64,000 nucleotides of DNA from an uncultured Pelagibacteraceae bacterium (GTDB lineage Bacteria > Pseudomonadota > Alphaproteobacteria > Pelagibacterales > AG-422-B15): assembly GCA_902544065.1 (NCBI GenBank), contig CACCAS010000002.1, positions 1,517-65,516 on the forward strand, read 5' to 3'. Below the pieces are notes generated by a model, which was not told where the DNA came from, did no database searches, and worked only from the letters and a program-made list of their open reading frames with translations. Made by a program: the position numbers and the translations under genes. The stretch's first letter is position 1, and each line of letters starts with the position of its first letter. This document shows, in pieces, positions 32,429-42,765 of the stretch.

Positions 32429-33088
32429 TTATAAAAGCGATTTATTAAGTTTGTAGCCTTTTTTTTCTTCAAACATGATTAGATTCTTGATGTTAAGTTT
32501 GTCTTCTATTTTTTTTCTTAGAGCATAAACATGAGTTTCTAACGTATGGGTATCGATATCATCACCATACATCCATACTTTTTTGAGAAGTTCTTTTTTT
32601 GAAATAAATGCACTATAATTTTGGGCTAGATGAATGAATATTTGACTTTCTTTTTCGGTTAACCTTAGTGAAGATATTTTATCTGACAAAGTTCTTGTGG
32701 ATGGATCATAAACAAAAGTATTATATTTATGCAATCTTACCTTTTGGGCATTAATTAGATTAAGATTATTTTCTATTCTATGACAAATATCTATCATTTT
32801 GAATGGAAGATTTATATTCACAATTTCAGAATCCACTTTTATATCGATAAAAAAATTGTTTTTATCGTTAATTAGAAATATTTTATTGCAACTCATATTC
32901 AGTTCTAGAAACTTTTTTAAAGAAGAGATATCTGTAATAATTATTTTTATTTTTTTTTTCGAAGAAGTTGTTTGGTCAAACAGGTGAAAATTAAATATGG
33001 ATGATAAATCATTATTGTTTGAAGCATCGATAAAAATGTTCCTGAGATAAGGATTTTCTATAAAAAAAGGAATAATACTTTTGCCCAT
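32429..33088 (-). CDS. OmpR/PhoB-type winged-helix regulator with degenerate receiver-like N-terminus
   Basis: 219 aa; C-terminal LTEKESQIF...LLKKVWMYGDDIDTHTLETHVYALRKKIE...GYKL is Trans_reg_C; N-terminal half keeps IKIIITD (D53) but lacks the DD pair and has LPF instead of KPF. Confidence 0.65.
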   Translation of the reverse strand: MGKSIIPFFIENPYLRNIFIDASNNNDLSSIFNFHLFDQTTSSKKKIKIIITDISSLKKFLELNMSCNKIFLINDKNNFFIDIKVDSEIVNINLPFKMIDICHRIENNLNLINAQKVRLHKYNTFVYDPSTRTLSDKISSLRLTEKESQIFIHLAQNYSAFISKKELLKKVWMYGDDIDTHTLETHVYALRKKIEDKLNIKNLIMFEEKKGYKLNKSLL

Positions 33089-33113
33089 AAAAATATTACA
33101 TATAATACATTGA

Positions 33114-33608
33114 ATGAATTTATTAGTAAAAAATAATCATTTATCTATAAAAAATAGAATGTATCGGTGCGCTATTGGAAGAAATGGCCTTACAGATGAT
33201 AAACTCGAAGGTGACTTGTGCACTCCGATAGGATCGTTCTATTTTAACAAAATCTATTATAGAGCTGACCGCTTAGGTGAAATTAATTTTCTAATCGACT
33301 CAGCCACCATTAAAGAAAATGATGGGTGGTGCGATGATAAACAAAACTCTCTATACAATCAGTATATCCGATTTCCTTTTGCAGGGAGTGCAGAACATTT
33401 GTACAGGAAAGATAATATTTACGATATTATCTGTGTAATAAACTACAATACGTCTCCAGTTATAGCCGGTAAAGGAAGTGCAATTTTTTTACACGTAGCT
33501 CAACCTAAATTTACTGGCACTGAAGGGTGTGTTGCTGTTGAAAAAAATATATTGTTAGAGATAGCGACTAACATCTCAAAAAATTCAACGATTACTATAG
33601 AAGGCTAG
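33114..33608 (+). CDS. L,D-transpeptidase catalytic-domain (YkuD) family protein
   Basis: 164 aa; RCAIGRNG, EGDLCTPIG, GWCDD, GSAIFLHVA...GTEGCVAV (His/Cys active-site pattern); no signal peptide visible. Confidence 0.7.
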   Translation: MNLLVKNNHLSIKNRMYRCAIGRNGLTDDKLEGDLCTPIGSFYFNKIYYRADRLGEINFLIDSATIKENDGWCDDKQNSLYNQYIRFPFAGSAEHLYRKDNIYDIICVINYNTSPVIAGKGSAIFLHVAQPKFTGTEGCVAVEKNILLEIATNISKNSTITIEG

Positions 33609-34258
33609 TTGCGTTCACCAAATATTTTGGTTCCTATTCGAATATGAGATGCTCCACATTCTAAAGCAATTTTATAATCGTTGGACATGCCCATACTTAA
33701 CGATTTTAAATTAAAATTTTTTGCTAAATCGGCCAATGTTAAAAAGTGTTTTTTAGGATTTTCATCAAATGGGGGAATACACATTAATCCCTTGATGCTT
33801 AAATTGTAACTATTTAGGCAAGTAGATATAAATTTTTCAGATTCAGCCAGAGTCACCCCTGATTTTTGTGGTTCGTCTCCAGTATTGATTTGAATAAAAT
33901 ATTCCTTAACCACTCCATGAGATAATTCGAGTTCATTGAATAGTTTCACAATTTTTAATCGATCAATTGAATGAATCACATCACACTGATGATAAATTGA
34001 GGAAACCTTCCTGCTTTGTATACCTCCAATAAAATGCAGCCTTGTATCTGGAAAACTGACTTTAAGATCTGACCATTTTTTTTCAATTTCTTGTATTTGA
34101 TTCTCGCCATAAGATAAGTGATTTTCAAGACACACTTGCTTTATATCATCTGCAGATTTTTTTTTACTAACAGCAATCAATTCGATTTCAGAAATATCTC
34201 TTTTTGAAGATTGAACTGTTTTGTTAAATTCTTTTAGAAAATTTTGATAGAGGCTCAT
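33605..34258 (-). CDS. yggS: YggS family pyridoxal-phosphate homeostasis protein
   Basis: 217 aa; LIAVSKKK (PLP Lys), HFIGGIQSRK, LSMGMSNDY...IRIGTKIFGERN. Confidence 0.85.
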   Translation of the reverse strand: MSLYQNFLKEFNKTVQSSKRDISEIELIAVSKKKSADDIKQVCLENHLSYGENQIQEIEKKWSDLKVSFPDTRLHFIGGIQSRKVSSIYHQCDVIHSIDRLKIVKLFNELELSHGVVKEYFIQINTGDEPQKSGVTLAESEKFISTCLNSYNLSIKGLMCIPPFDENPKKHFLTLADLAKNFNLKSLSMGMSNDYKIALECGASHIRIGTKIFGERN

Positions 34259-34267
34259 GCACTAAAT

Positions 34268-34306
34268 AAAAAAGCATCTTGCAAGTTAATGCAAGATGCT
34301 TTTTTT
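34268..34306 (-). terminator. rho-independent terminator downstream of the porin gene
   Basis: A6-GCATCTTGCA / TGCAAGATGC-T7 perfect hairpin with 6-nt loop, 21 nt after the porin stop; A/T tracts on both sides (bidirectional). Confidence 0.75.
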
Positions 34307-34326
34307 AAAGTCTAAACTTTGACTTA

Positions 34327-35334
34327 TTAGAAGCCAACTACATACATGAAGTTCCACTCATCAGCGTCTCCAGTATCAGTTCCAGAAACGTCAGTCTCAG
34401 TATAGTCTAAACCAAATGAAGCAGCGCCCATACCTTTAGATACAGATACTCTCATTTTTTCAGAGTCAGTAGTAGCGTCTAAGTCATAAAAACCTACACC
34501 TACGTCATAACCCATCATAGATCCACCAACACCCATTTGTGTTTCTTCGTTACCGTTGTCGCCGTCATACATAGCATAACCTAGGTTAAAGCCAGCTAAT
34601 GGATAGCTGACAGTTACAAAGCTAGGATCTGTATCGGCTGTTGCGCCATTCATATCAATTGAAGATAAACCGGCAGCAATAGTTGCTCCCATGAATGAAC
34701 CTTTAGTTGCATATGACATTACAGCGTCATGACCTTCTACCGCAGCAGTACCAGACAATCTAACTGTAGTTACCACATCGTCGGCATCAGTAGTTAGATC
34801 AGCACCAGCAGCTAAAGTAGTTATAGTACCATCATCGATGTCCATTTGCATACCATCAGTACCTGCTGCTGAAGCAACAGACTCACCTCTAGATACTTTT
34901 ACAGTCCAACCCATGAATGAGTTAGTGTACATGACTGAGTCACCTGATTTGGTATCACCATCATCAAATTGACCCATTTCTGCACCACCACAAACGTTTA
35001 GTGAGAAACAAGCAGGAGATCCATCAAGTTTATCAACTGATGAGTCCTGACCGTTACCTAAACCAATGACACCCATACCTGTGTCGAAGTTAACGTCAGT
35101 TAGTAATCCTTCAGCAGTCAAAGACATTGCTACAGATACTCCCATACCGTTATCCATTGAGTCACTGTACGATACATAGATAGAGTTAGAAGAGAAGCCC
35201 GAAGCCAATCCACCACCATCTGCGTCCGTCAGTGTACCAGCATATAAACCGCTTATAGACATTTCAGCGTTTGCTGCAGATGCAGCCATCACTGAAGCCA
35301 AAGCAGAAGATGCTATTATTTTTGATCTATTCAT
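34327..35334 (-). CDS. putative outer-membrane porin (beta-barrel)
   Basis: 335 aa; signal peptide ...ASAANA/EM, alternating Gly/Asp/Thr/Ser-rich acidic composition, C-terminal ...FMYVVGF terminal Phe; AAGGA Shine-Dalgarno; family not identified. Confidence 0.55.
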   Translation of the reverse strand: MNRSKIIASSALASVMAASAANAEMSISGLYAGTLTDADGGGLASGFSSNSIYVSYSDSMDNGMGVSVAMSLTAEGLLTDVNFDTGMGVIGLGNGQDSSVDKLDGSPACFSLNVCGGAEMGQFDDGDTKSGDSVMYTNSFMGWTVKVSRGESVASAAGTDGMQMDIDDGTITTLAAGADLTTDADDVVTTVRLSGTAAVEGHDAVMSYATKGSFMGATIAAGLSSIDMNGATADTDPSFVTVSYPLAGFNLGYAMYDGDNGNEETQMGVGGSMMGYDVGVGFYDLDATTDSEKMRVSVSKGMGAASFGLDYTETDVSGTDTGDADEWNFMYVVGF

Positions 35335-35563
35335 AATAATTTCCTTTCATATTAGAGTTGATCATAGTTAAATTTAACTAAGACAACATTTATCAAAAAT
35401 TCAGCCAAATTTAATTAAAAAAATAAATATGCAACGATTTAATATTTATATGTTGTATATTTGCAACATCTTAAAAATGTTGAAAAATAAAGAAAAAAAG
35501 AGTATTTCCTCTTAATATATAATATAAAAGAACTAATATATTGAGACAAAATACTCTAAATCT

Positions 35564-36094
35564 ATGAAAAAATTATATTTTATCGCATTTTTACCACTGT
35601 TAATATCCTGTGAACAACTTAGAAGTGGCGACCTCCTCAATACCTCCAGAGAAGATGTTATGGAAGATAAGCTAGAAGATAGAGACATCAATCTCCCTAC
35701 TGGAAGTACCATATTGGACGAAGGTGGTGGTTTTAAACTCCAAAATTTGTTTTCAGGATCATCAGGGAGCTCCACCGATTTCAATACTAATTCACTCGCT
35801 TTCAACGTTGCGCTCGATAAACTTAGTTTTATTCCATTAATCTCTGCAGATATAAATTCAGGTGTCATCATTACTGACTGGTATAGTTTAGGTGATGGCA
35901 ATCAAAGAATAAAAATAAATATTAGAATTATTGATCAAGAACTTAACGATACAAGTATAAGTGTTTCTTTATTTAAACAAAATTACGACGGGTCTCGTTG
36001 GGTAGATGAAGGTCAAGATCAGAACCAAGCCAGAAAAATACGTGACAGTATTCTTCAACAGGCTCGGGCTTTACAAATTGCCTCTGAATTGTAA
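35564..36094 (+). CDS. DUF3576 lipoprotein
   Basis: 176 aa; lipobox LLISC; ALDKLSFIPLISADINSGVIITDWYS matches remembered DUF3576 core; located upstream of leuS as in other alphaproteobacteria. Confidence 0.65.
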   Translation: MKKLYFIAFLPLLISCEQLRSGDLLNTSREDVMEDKLEDRDINLPTGSTILDEGGGFKLQNLFSGSSGSSTDFNTNSLAFNVALDKLSFIPLISADINSGVIITDWYSLGDGNQRIKINIRIIDQELNDTSISVSLFKQNYDGSRWVDEGQDQNQARKIRDSILQQARALQIASEL

Positions 36095-36122
36095 ATTAAA
36101 AAAAATTAATCTTATTTAATTA

Positions 36123-38687
36123 ATGTCTGCTAAATATAATCCAAGAGCGATTGAACCAAAATGGCAAAAGTTTTGGAAGGACCAGAATACTTTTCGAAGT
36201 GAAATCAAATCAGACAAAAAAAAGTATTATGTTTTAGAAATGTTTCCTTACCCTTCAGGAAAAATTCATATGGGACATGTAAGAAACTATACCCTAGGGG
36301 ACGTACTGGCACGCTTTAAAAGAGCCCAGGGATATAATGTTTTGCATCCTATGGGTTGGGATGCTTTTGGCCTACCCGCAGAAAATGCAGCATTAGAAAA
36401 TAATATTTCACCAAAGAAGTGGACTTATGAAAATATATCGACAATGCGAAATCAACTTAAATCTATGGGATTATCAATTGACTGGGACAGAGAATTCGCA
36501 ACCTGCGACAAGAGTTACTACCATCAACAACAAAAGTTATTTTTAAAATTTTTTCGCGATAAACTAATTTATAAAAAAGAATCTCTAGTTAATTGGGATC
36601 CAGTTGAAAATACGGTACTTGCGAATGAGCAAGTAATTGATGGCAAAGGATGGCGCTCAGGTGCTGATGTTGAGCAAAAAAAACTTTCACAATGGTTTTT
36701 TAAAATTACAGAATACGGAGATAAACTACTCGGCAGTCTTGAAGAGATGAACGGCTGGCCAGAAAAAGTAAAGGCTATGCAAAAAAACTGGATTGGTAAA
36801 TCTTATGGATGTGAAGTTGATTTTGAGATTGTTTCTGATCATGACGATCTTAATCAAGAAAAAATTAGTATTTTTACAACTCGTCCAGATACAATTTTTG
36901 GCGCAACTTTCTGCGCTTTGTCTCCCTTTCACCCACTTGTAGATAGGTTGATTGAAAAAAATATATCTATGAAAAACGATATTAAAAAAATGCGTTCACA
37001 AAAAATTAGTGAGGAGTCCATTTCTAAAAATGAAAAGCAAGGTTTAAATACACAATTGTTCATCAAACATCCATTCATTGAGGGAAAAAATTTACCTGTA
37101 TATGTAGCTAATTTTATCCTTATGGATTATGGGTCTGGAGCCATTTATGGCTGTCCGGCTCATGATCAACGAGATTTTGATTTTGCAATTAAATATAATA
37201 TTGAAATCATACCTGTTATAGAAGCACCAAATAAATCAAAATTTAAGTTTGATGAAGCTTATGTCGGAAGCGGAAAGCTTATTAATTCACAATTTTTAAA
37301 TGGACTAAGTATAGAAGATGCAAAAAATGAAGTTATTAGTAAATTGGAAGGTATTAAAATTGGGAGAAGAACAACCAACTACAGATTAAGAGATTGGGGA
37401 ATTTCTCGACAGCGGTATTGGGGTTGTCCAATTCCTATAATGTATAGAGAAGATGGCAAAGTCATTGAGGTTCCCGAAAATGAATTGCCTTTAGAATTAC
37501 CTGAAGATATTGATTTAAGCTTACCTGGAAATCCTCTTGATAATCATCCCACATGGAAACATACAAATTGTCCTGAGACTGGCATGAAAGCAACAAGAGA
37601 GACAGATACGCTCGATACATTTGTCGATTCCGCATGGTATTTTTTAAGATTTTGCTCACCAGAATGTAACGAGCCGTTTGGTCAAACTGAAATTGATTAT
37701 TGGATGCCTGTAGATCAATACATAGGCGGTGTCGAACATGCAATATTGCATTTGCTTTATTCAAGATTTTTGACCAAAGCTCTCAAGATAAATAAAATTA
37801 ATGAACCATTTGAAAGTCTTTTTACTCAAGGAATGGTATGTCATCACACATTTCAAAATCAATCTGGGTCATGGGTATATCCAGACGATGTTAAAGAAGA
37901 AAAAACAAAATTAATTCAAATATCAACTGATGAATTGGTTACCCAGGGCCCAATTGAGTCAATGTCAAAGTCTAAGAAAAATGTTGTTGATCCTGAGTCC
38001 ATTATTAAAAGTTATGGTGCAGATGCAGCTCGATGGTTTATGCTTTCTGATAGTCCGCCTGAAAAAGATATAAACTGGTCAGATTCGGGAATTAAGGGTG
38101 CGTGGAAAATTTGTCAAAAGATTTCAGGAATTATAAACGAAAATCAGTCTTTGATACAAAATGAAGAAGTCGAAAATATTAAAGATCTGTCTAGTAATGC
38201 AAATGAATTTTTAAGATCTGTCCATCAATGCCTCGATGGAATTACCAAGAGTATTGACAGATTTCAAATGAATGTCGCAATAGCAAAAATCTATGAGATG
38301 GTTAATTCAATTTTAAGATTTAAAATAACTGAGGAATCTGACAAATCGGCCTTAATTCAATCTTTAAAAATTTTAATAAGAGTAATGGAACCGATGATAC
38401 CTCATTTGGCTGAAGAATGCTGGGCAATGACTTGTGGAGATGGTTTATTATCAAATCAACCTTGGCCAACAGTAAATGATAAATTTCTTATTAATGAGTC
38501 AGTTATTATTGTTGTTCAGGTCAATGGAAAGAAGCGAGGAGAGTTAAAGGTTGAAAAAGATATAAATAAAAAGGAAGTATTAATGATGATTAAAAATATC
38601 GAGAACGTAAAAAAAATTTTAGTTGAAAGCAAAATAATTAAAGAAATTTTTGTTCCTAATAAAATAATTAATATCGTTGTCAAATAA
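36123..38687 (+). CDS. leuS: leucine--tRNA ligase
   Basis: 854 aa; HIGH-type [16 protein letters not shown]-type SMSKSKKN. Confidence 0.95.
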   Translation: MSAKYNPRAIEPKWQKFWKDQNTFRSEIKSDKKKYYVLEMFPYPSGKIHMGHVRNYTLGDVLARFKRAQGYNVLHPMGWDAFGLPAENAALENNISPKKWTYENISTMRNQLKSMGLSIDWDREFATCDKSYYHQQQKLFLKFFRDKLIYKKESLVNWDPVENTVLANEQVIDGKGWRSGADVEQKKLSQWFFKITEYGDKLLGSLEEMNGWPEKVKAMQKNWIGKSYGCEVDFEIVSDHDDLNQEKISIFTTRPDTIFGATFCALSPFHPLVDRLIEKNISMKNDIKKMRSQKISEESISKNEKQGLNTQLFIKHPFIEGKNLPVYVANFILMDYGSGAIYGCPAHDQRDFDFAIKYNIEIIPVIEAPNKSKFKFDEAYVGSGKLINSQFLNGLSIEDAKNEVISKLEGIKIGRRTTNYRLRDWGISRQRYWGCPIPIMYREDGKVIEVPENELPLELPEDIDLSLPGNPLDNHPTWKHTNCPETGMKATRETDTLDTFVDSAWYFLRFCSPECNEPFGQTEIDYWMPVDQYIGGVEHAILHLLYSRFLTKALKINKINEPFESLFTQGMVCHHTFQNQSGSWVYPDDVKEEKTKLIQISTDELVTQGPIESMSKSKKNVVDPESIIKSYGADAARWFMLSDSPPEKDINWSDSGIKGAWKICQKISGIINENQSLIQNEEVENIKDLSSNANEFLRSVHQCLDGITKSIDRFQMNVAIAKIYEMVNSILRFKITEESDKSALIQSLKILIRVMEPMIPHLAEECWAMTCGDGLLSNQPWPTVNDKFLINESVIIVVQVNGKKRGELKVEKDINKKEVLMMIKNIENVKKILVESKIIKEIFVPNKIINIVVK

Positions 38688-40393
38688 TGAATAGACAAGA
38701 TAGAAGGAGACAAAAAAATAATTCTTCACTTAGTCTATCCAACCAAAATTATCTTCTTGAAGCAATAAAACTTCATACACAAAAAGACTACCCAGCTGCA
38801 GAAAAAATTTATAAAAAACTGCTTGTGAACAATTCTAAAAACTATGATGTACTTAGACATTTGGGAATTTTAAAGCAAGATATTAAGAACTTCGAAGAAG
38901 CGTTCAAGTATTATATGAAGGCACTTAAGATTAATCCAAATGGATTTGAGGTACTTAACAACCTTGGTGTGATACATCAAACAAATAAAAACTACCGCAT
39001 GGCTCTAAATTGCTTTAATAAATCCATTTCCCTAAAACCAGATTATCTTCCAACTATAAATAACTTAGCAAATTATTTTCACAAAAAACAATTAAAGAAA
39101 CAGGCTCTTGAATATGCTGAAAGAGGAATATCACTTCAACCAAATAATCTTTTGGCTCAAAATCAATATGCCAAAGCTTTAATTATCAACGGTAAGATGA
39201 AGGATGCGATTAATATTTTAGAAAATTTATGTGAAGCAAGACCTGATTTCGATGATTTTAAAATAAATTTAGCCTCAGCCTACAAAGAAGCTGGGGAATT
39301 TATCAAGTCAAAAAAAATTATTGACGAAGGGTTCAATAAAAATTTTAGGGAAGTTGGTTTTTTTGTTTCATATGCTTCAGACAAAAAAAATAAATTAACA
39401 CAAGAACAGATTGAACACTATAATACTGCTATTGACAAAAACGATACAAATAATGAGCATAAAATTGCAATTGCTCATTCACTGTTTACTTATTTTAAAA
39501 ACAAAGAAAATTTTGATACATCTGGAAAATACTTAATTAAAGCAAACGATCTTCAATACGAACTCAACGAATTCAATATAGATCAAGAACAAAAATATTT
39601 TGAAAATATTAAATCTACCTTCTCAAAAAATTTAGAATATTCCGTAAAAGAAAAACCTATTATTACCCCTATTTTTATTTGTGGAATGCCAAGATCTGGC
39701 ACAACTTTGTGTGAGCAGATTTTATCCACACATTCGCATGTTGACGGTGCAGGTGAACTTAGTTATTTAGCTGATTTATCTTTAATCGAAAAATACATTG
39801 CTCCTGACACGAATAATTGGAATGATTTTATTAATACCTTACAGGATGAGGAAAAGTTAACTCATGTAAGAAATACTTATTTGGAACAGCTGTCATCTCA
39901 CAAGACAAAATCTAAAACGTCGCATATCTGTGATAAAATGCCTCATAATTTTATCTTGATAGGTTTAATAAAATTAATTTTTCCCGAAGCAAAAATTATT
40001 TATTGCAAAAGGGATCCTATCGATAACTGTTTTTCACTATATTCTCATAAGTTTATAGAGATGTCGCATCAATACTCATATGATCAAACTATCCTCGCTA
40101 AGTATTATAAAATGCATGAAAAGCTGATGAATTTTTGGATTGAGAAGTTTGGTGACAGTATATTTGTTTTAGATAACGAAACCTTAGTAAATAAGCAAGA
40201 GAAACTATCTAGAGAAGTTATCAAATTTTGTTCTTTGGAATGGGAAAAAGAATGTTTAAACTTTTATGAAAATAAACGACAAGTAAGAACAGCAAGTATT
40301 GAACAAGTAAGACAGCCAATGAATAATAAATCTATAGGTGCGTGGAAAAAATATGAAAATTATTTATCAAAATTGTTATCAGGTCTAAGGTAA
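38687..40393 (+). CDS. TPR-repeat protein with C-terminal sulfotransferase domain
   Basis: 568 aa; at least four 34-aa TPR units in residues about 30-180; C-terminal half has PAPS 5'-phosphosulfate loop CGMPRSGTTL and 3'-phosphate motif CKRDPIDNCFS; TAATG overlaps with both neighbours. Confidence 0.75.
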   Translation: MNRQDRRRQKNNSSLSLSNQNYLLEAIKLHTQKDYPAAEKIYKKLLVNNSKNYDVLRHLGILKQDIKNFEEAFKYYMKALKINPNGFEVLNNLGVIHQTNKNYRMALNCFNKSISLKPDYLPTINNLANYFHKKQLKKQALEYAERGISLQPNNLLAQNQYAKALIINGKMKDAINILENLCEARPDFDDFKINLASAYKEAGEFIKSKKIIDEGFNKNFREVGFFVSYASDKKNKLTQEQIEHYNTAIDKNDTNNEHKIAIAHSLFTYFKNKENFDTSGKYLIKANDLQYELNEFNIDQEQKYFENIKSTFSKNLEYSVKEKPIITPIFICGMPRSGTTLCEQILSTHSHVDGAGELSYLADLSLIEKYIAPDTNNWNDFINTLQDEEKLTHVRNTYLEQLSSHKTKSKTSHICDKMPHNFILIGLIKLIFPEAKIIYCKRDPIDNCFSLYSHKFIEMSHQYSYDQTILAKYYKMHEKLMNFWIEKFGDSIFVLDNETLVNKQEKLSREVIKFCSLEWEKECLNFYENKRQVRTASIEQVRQPMNNKSIGAWKKYENYLSKLLSGLR

Positions 40394-40893
40394 TGAATAA
40401 CGTTACTAAATTATTTTTAGTGATATTTTCACTTTTTTATTTAAGCAACTGCGGCTTTAAGCCTATCTATAAGCTGTCGGAAAACGACATTGATTTTAGG
40501 AACTACTCGATAAACATACTTAATGAAAGTAATACCTCTAGAGAAATTAGAGAAGAAATAGAGAAATCCTTTCCATCAAATTCTGAAACAGAAAAAGGTT
40601 ATATTATTGAAATTAGTTCAGTTGAAAATTTAGATCCTCTTATAACCAATACTGATGGCACTGTTGCAAAATATAGAATTGAAATCATAATGAATTTCAA
40701 GGTGAAAGATAAAAATGACGACGTATATTTAATAGAAGATTTTGTTAGAGGTTTTGCCCAATATACGGTTGAAACATCAGAAATTGAAAGTGAAGATAAA
40801 AAGAAGAGAATGATACGCATGGCCACTAGTAGTGCAATTCAAATGATGATTTCTAAAATTCAAAGTGATACTCCAGTCAGTAATGGTAATTAA
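40393..40893 (+). CDS. lptE: LPS-assembly lipoprotein LptE
   Basis: 166 aa; lipobox YLSNCGFKP, size and position between leuS and holA. Confidence 0.65.
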   Translation: MNNVTKLFLVIFSLFYLSNCGFKPIYKLSENDIDFRNYSINILNESNTSREIREEIEKSFPSNSETEKGYIIEISSVENLDPLITNTDGTVAKYRIEIIMNFKVKDKNDDVYLIEDFVRGFAQYTVETSEIESEDKKKRMIRMATSSAIQMMISKIQSDTPVSNGN

Positions 40894-41908
40894 AGAATTT
40901 CAAATTAGAACAATAATAAATGAGAACGGGGGGTTTTTACCTTTTTTATTTTATGGACCTAATGAAGGATTAATTAGAGATCATATAAAAAAAATTAAAA
41001 ATAACTATTTAAACAACATCGATTTTGAAGAAGTATCCCTAACTGGTAAAGGTTTAGACCTGAACCCAGGTATTCTTGAAACTTCAGCAAATTCCATTTC
41101 AATGTTTAATGATTATAAACTTATTATTATAGAATCGTTAAAAGATAATCACGTTCTAGAAATTGAGAATTTATTACTCTCAGCCCCAAATCAAACAATA
41201 TTAATTATCAAAGCTGATAATCTCAAAAAAGCCTCCAAACTCAGGAAATTATTTGAGAGTAATTCGAAGTGTTATGCATTGGCGTGTTATGAAGATGACG
41301 CTAAATCAATGATGAGGTTAATTGATAATTTCATGAAAGAAAATAATATTTTAATTGATCAAGACATAAAAAACTATCTCATGCAGACATTGAGTAGTGA
41401 TCGAATGATCAGCTTTAATGAGCTAGAAAAAGTAAGCTTATTTTATTATAATGCTGATACCACTCCAAATCTTGAAGAAATAAAAAACCTTCTTAATGAT
41501 ACAAGCTCTAATAATCTTCAAAAAATGAACGAGTCAGTGATGTATGGAAATACCGTAAAAAGCTCAAACATCATTAGCAAACTTTTATCTGAGGGAAATA
41601 ATCCAATTTCCATATTACGCAGTCTTATCAACTACCTCAAAAGATTACAGAAAGTAAAAGTAGAAATTAAAAAAGGAAGTAATTTTGATACCGCAATTAA
41701 ATTTTTAAGACCTCCCTTATTTTGGAAAGATAAGGATAATTTTCAGCAGCATTGTCATCGTTGGCCTTTAAGTAAAATTGAAGAAAATCTCTCAAAGCTT
41801 CTTGATGCTGAAATTGAATGTAAAACGAATAGTAAATTATCCAGCATACTTTGTGAACGTTCAATACTAACGATTTGCCACGAGGGCAAGCAGCACTTTC
41901 AAAATTAG
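40883..41908 (+). CDS. holA: DNA polymerase III delta subunit
   Basis: about 341 aa from ATG at 40883 (track gives GTG at 40865); FLFYGPNEGL N-terminal motif; conserved leuS-lptE-holA order. Confidence 0.7.
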   Translation: MVIKEFQIRTIINENGGFLPFLFYGPNEGLIRDHIKKIKNNYLNNIDFEEVSLTGKGLDLNPGILETSANSISMFNDYKLIIIESLKDNHVLEIENLLLSAPNQTILIIKADNLKKASKLRKLFESNSKCYALACYEDDAKSMMRLIDNFMKENNILIDQDIKNYLMQTLSSDRMISFNELEKVSLFYYNADTTPNLEEIKNLLNDTSSNNLQKMNESVMYGNTVKSSNIISKLLSEGNNPISILRSLINYLKRLQKVKVEIKKGSNFDTAIKFLRPPLFWKDKDNFQQHCHRWPLSKIEENLSKLLDAEIECKTNSKLSSILCERSILTICHEGKQHFQN

Positions 41909-42765
41909 TTTTTAAGCTTTTGTGTAATCATTTCTAATTGATCAAGCGTTTTATAGTCGATTTTTATACTGCCGCCTTTTTTACCTTTATGATTTATATT
42001 GATGGTCAAACCAAGTTTTTCTGAGATTTTATTTTCAAGATCAATTGTATCAGGATCTTTTAGTCGTAATTTTTTAATAATACCTTTTTTTTCTTTTGCT
42101 AAATTTTCTGCATCCCTTACGCTTAAATTTTCGTTAATAATTTTTTCAGCTAATTGCTCTGGAAATGCGCTGTTCATAATAGCTCGCGCATGACCTGATG
42201 ATATTTTTCCTTCAGTTATCATGTCTTGGATGGATTGCGGCAAGGATAATAATCGGATGATATTTGCTATATGACTCCTGCTTTTCCCCACAATTCCTGA
42301 CAAATTTTCTTGCGTATGACCATGATTTTCAATCAATCTTTTATAACCTGCTGCTTCTTCAATTGGTGAAAGATCTGATCGTTGAACGTTTTCAATGATA
42401 GCAATTTCAAGTGCTTCAGTATCATTAAAGTTTCTTATAACAACAGGTACCTCGTGCAGTTGTGCAATTTGCGCGGCGCGCCATCTTCTTTCTCCTGCAA
42501 TAATTTCATAACTATTGGTATCAGACGGCGAAGGCCTGACGACCAATGGCTGAACTAGACCTTTTGCTTTTATAGAGTCAGCTAATTCATTAATACTATT
42601 TTTATTAAATAATCTTCTTGGTTGAGAAGGACTTGGTTTTAGATTCGCAATTGGTATTTTAGTTTCTTGACCAATATTAGTATTTTTTGTTTGTACAGTT
42701 TCTGTATCCCCCATTAAAGATGAAAGACCACGACCTAAACCTTTTTTTGTTGTATTTGTAACCAC
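41905..42765 (-). CDS. parB: chromosome partitioning protein ParB
   Basis: 286 aa; ParB box GERRWRAA, HTH region SGIVGKSRSHIAN. Confidence 0.95.
   Translation of the reverse strand: MVTNTTKKGLGRGLSSLMGDTETVQTKNTNIGQETKIPIANLKPSPSQPRRLFNKNSINELADSIKAKGLVQPLVVRPSPSDTNSYEIIAGERRWRAAQIAQLHEVPVVIRNFNDTEALEIAIIENVQRSDLSPIEEAAGYKRLIENHGHTQENLSGIVGKSRSHIANIIRLLSLPQSIQDMITEGKISSGHARAIMNSAFPEQLAEKIINENLSVRDAENLAKEKKGIIKKLRLKDPDTIDLENKISEKLGLTININHKGKKGGSIKIDYKTLDQLEMITQKLKN

Noticed and set aside
35335-35563. 229-bp AT-rich divergent spacer (porin / DUF3576) with a 9-bp inverted repeat AGAGTATTT (35499-35507) / AAATACTCT (35549-35557) and a CAACAT/ATGTTG mini-palindrome; considered as riboswitch, sRNA or operator
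   Set aside because: The arms are short and AT-rich with a 41-nt unstructured spacer. No G+C-rich conserved-looking core is present. This is most simply two divergent promoters; it cannot be supported further by eye.
35533-35901. Long antisense ORFs in the track (35533-35901, 52207-52581, 17290-17640, 29019-29360, 26238-26576, 13732-14046, 8331-8639, 51751-52056, 37462-37764 and the many 60-99 aa ones)
   Set aside because: Each lies wholly or almost wholly inside, and opposite to or out of frame with, a gene with strong family motifs. Their products are low-complexity with no motifs. Such ORFs are expected by chance opposite long coding regions.
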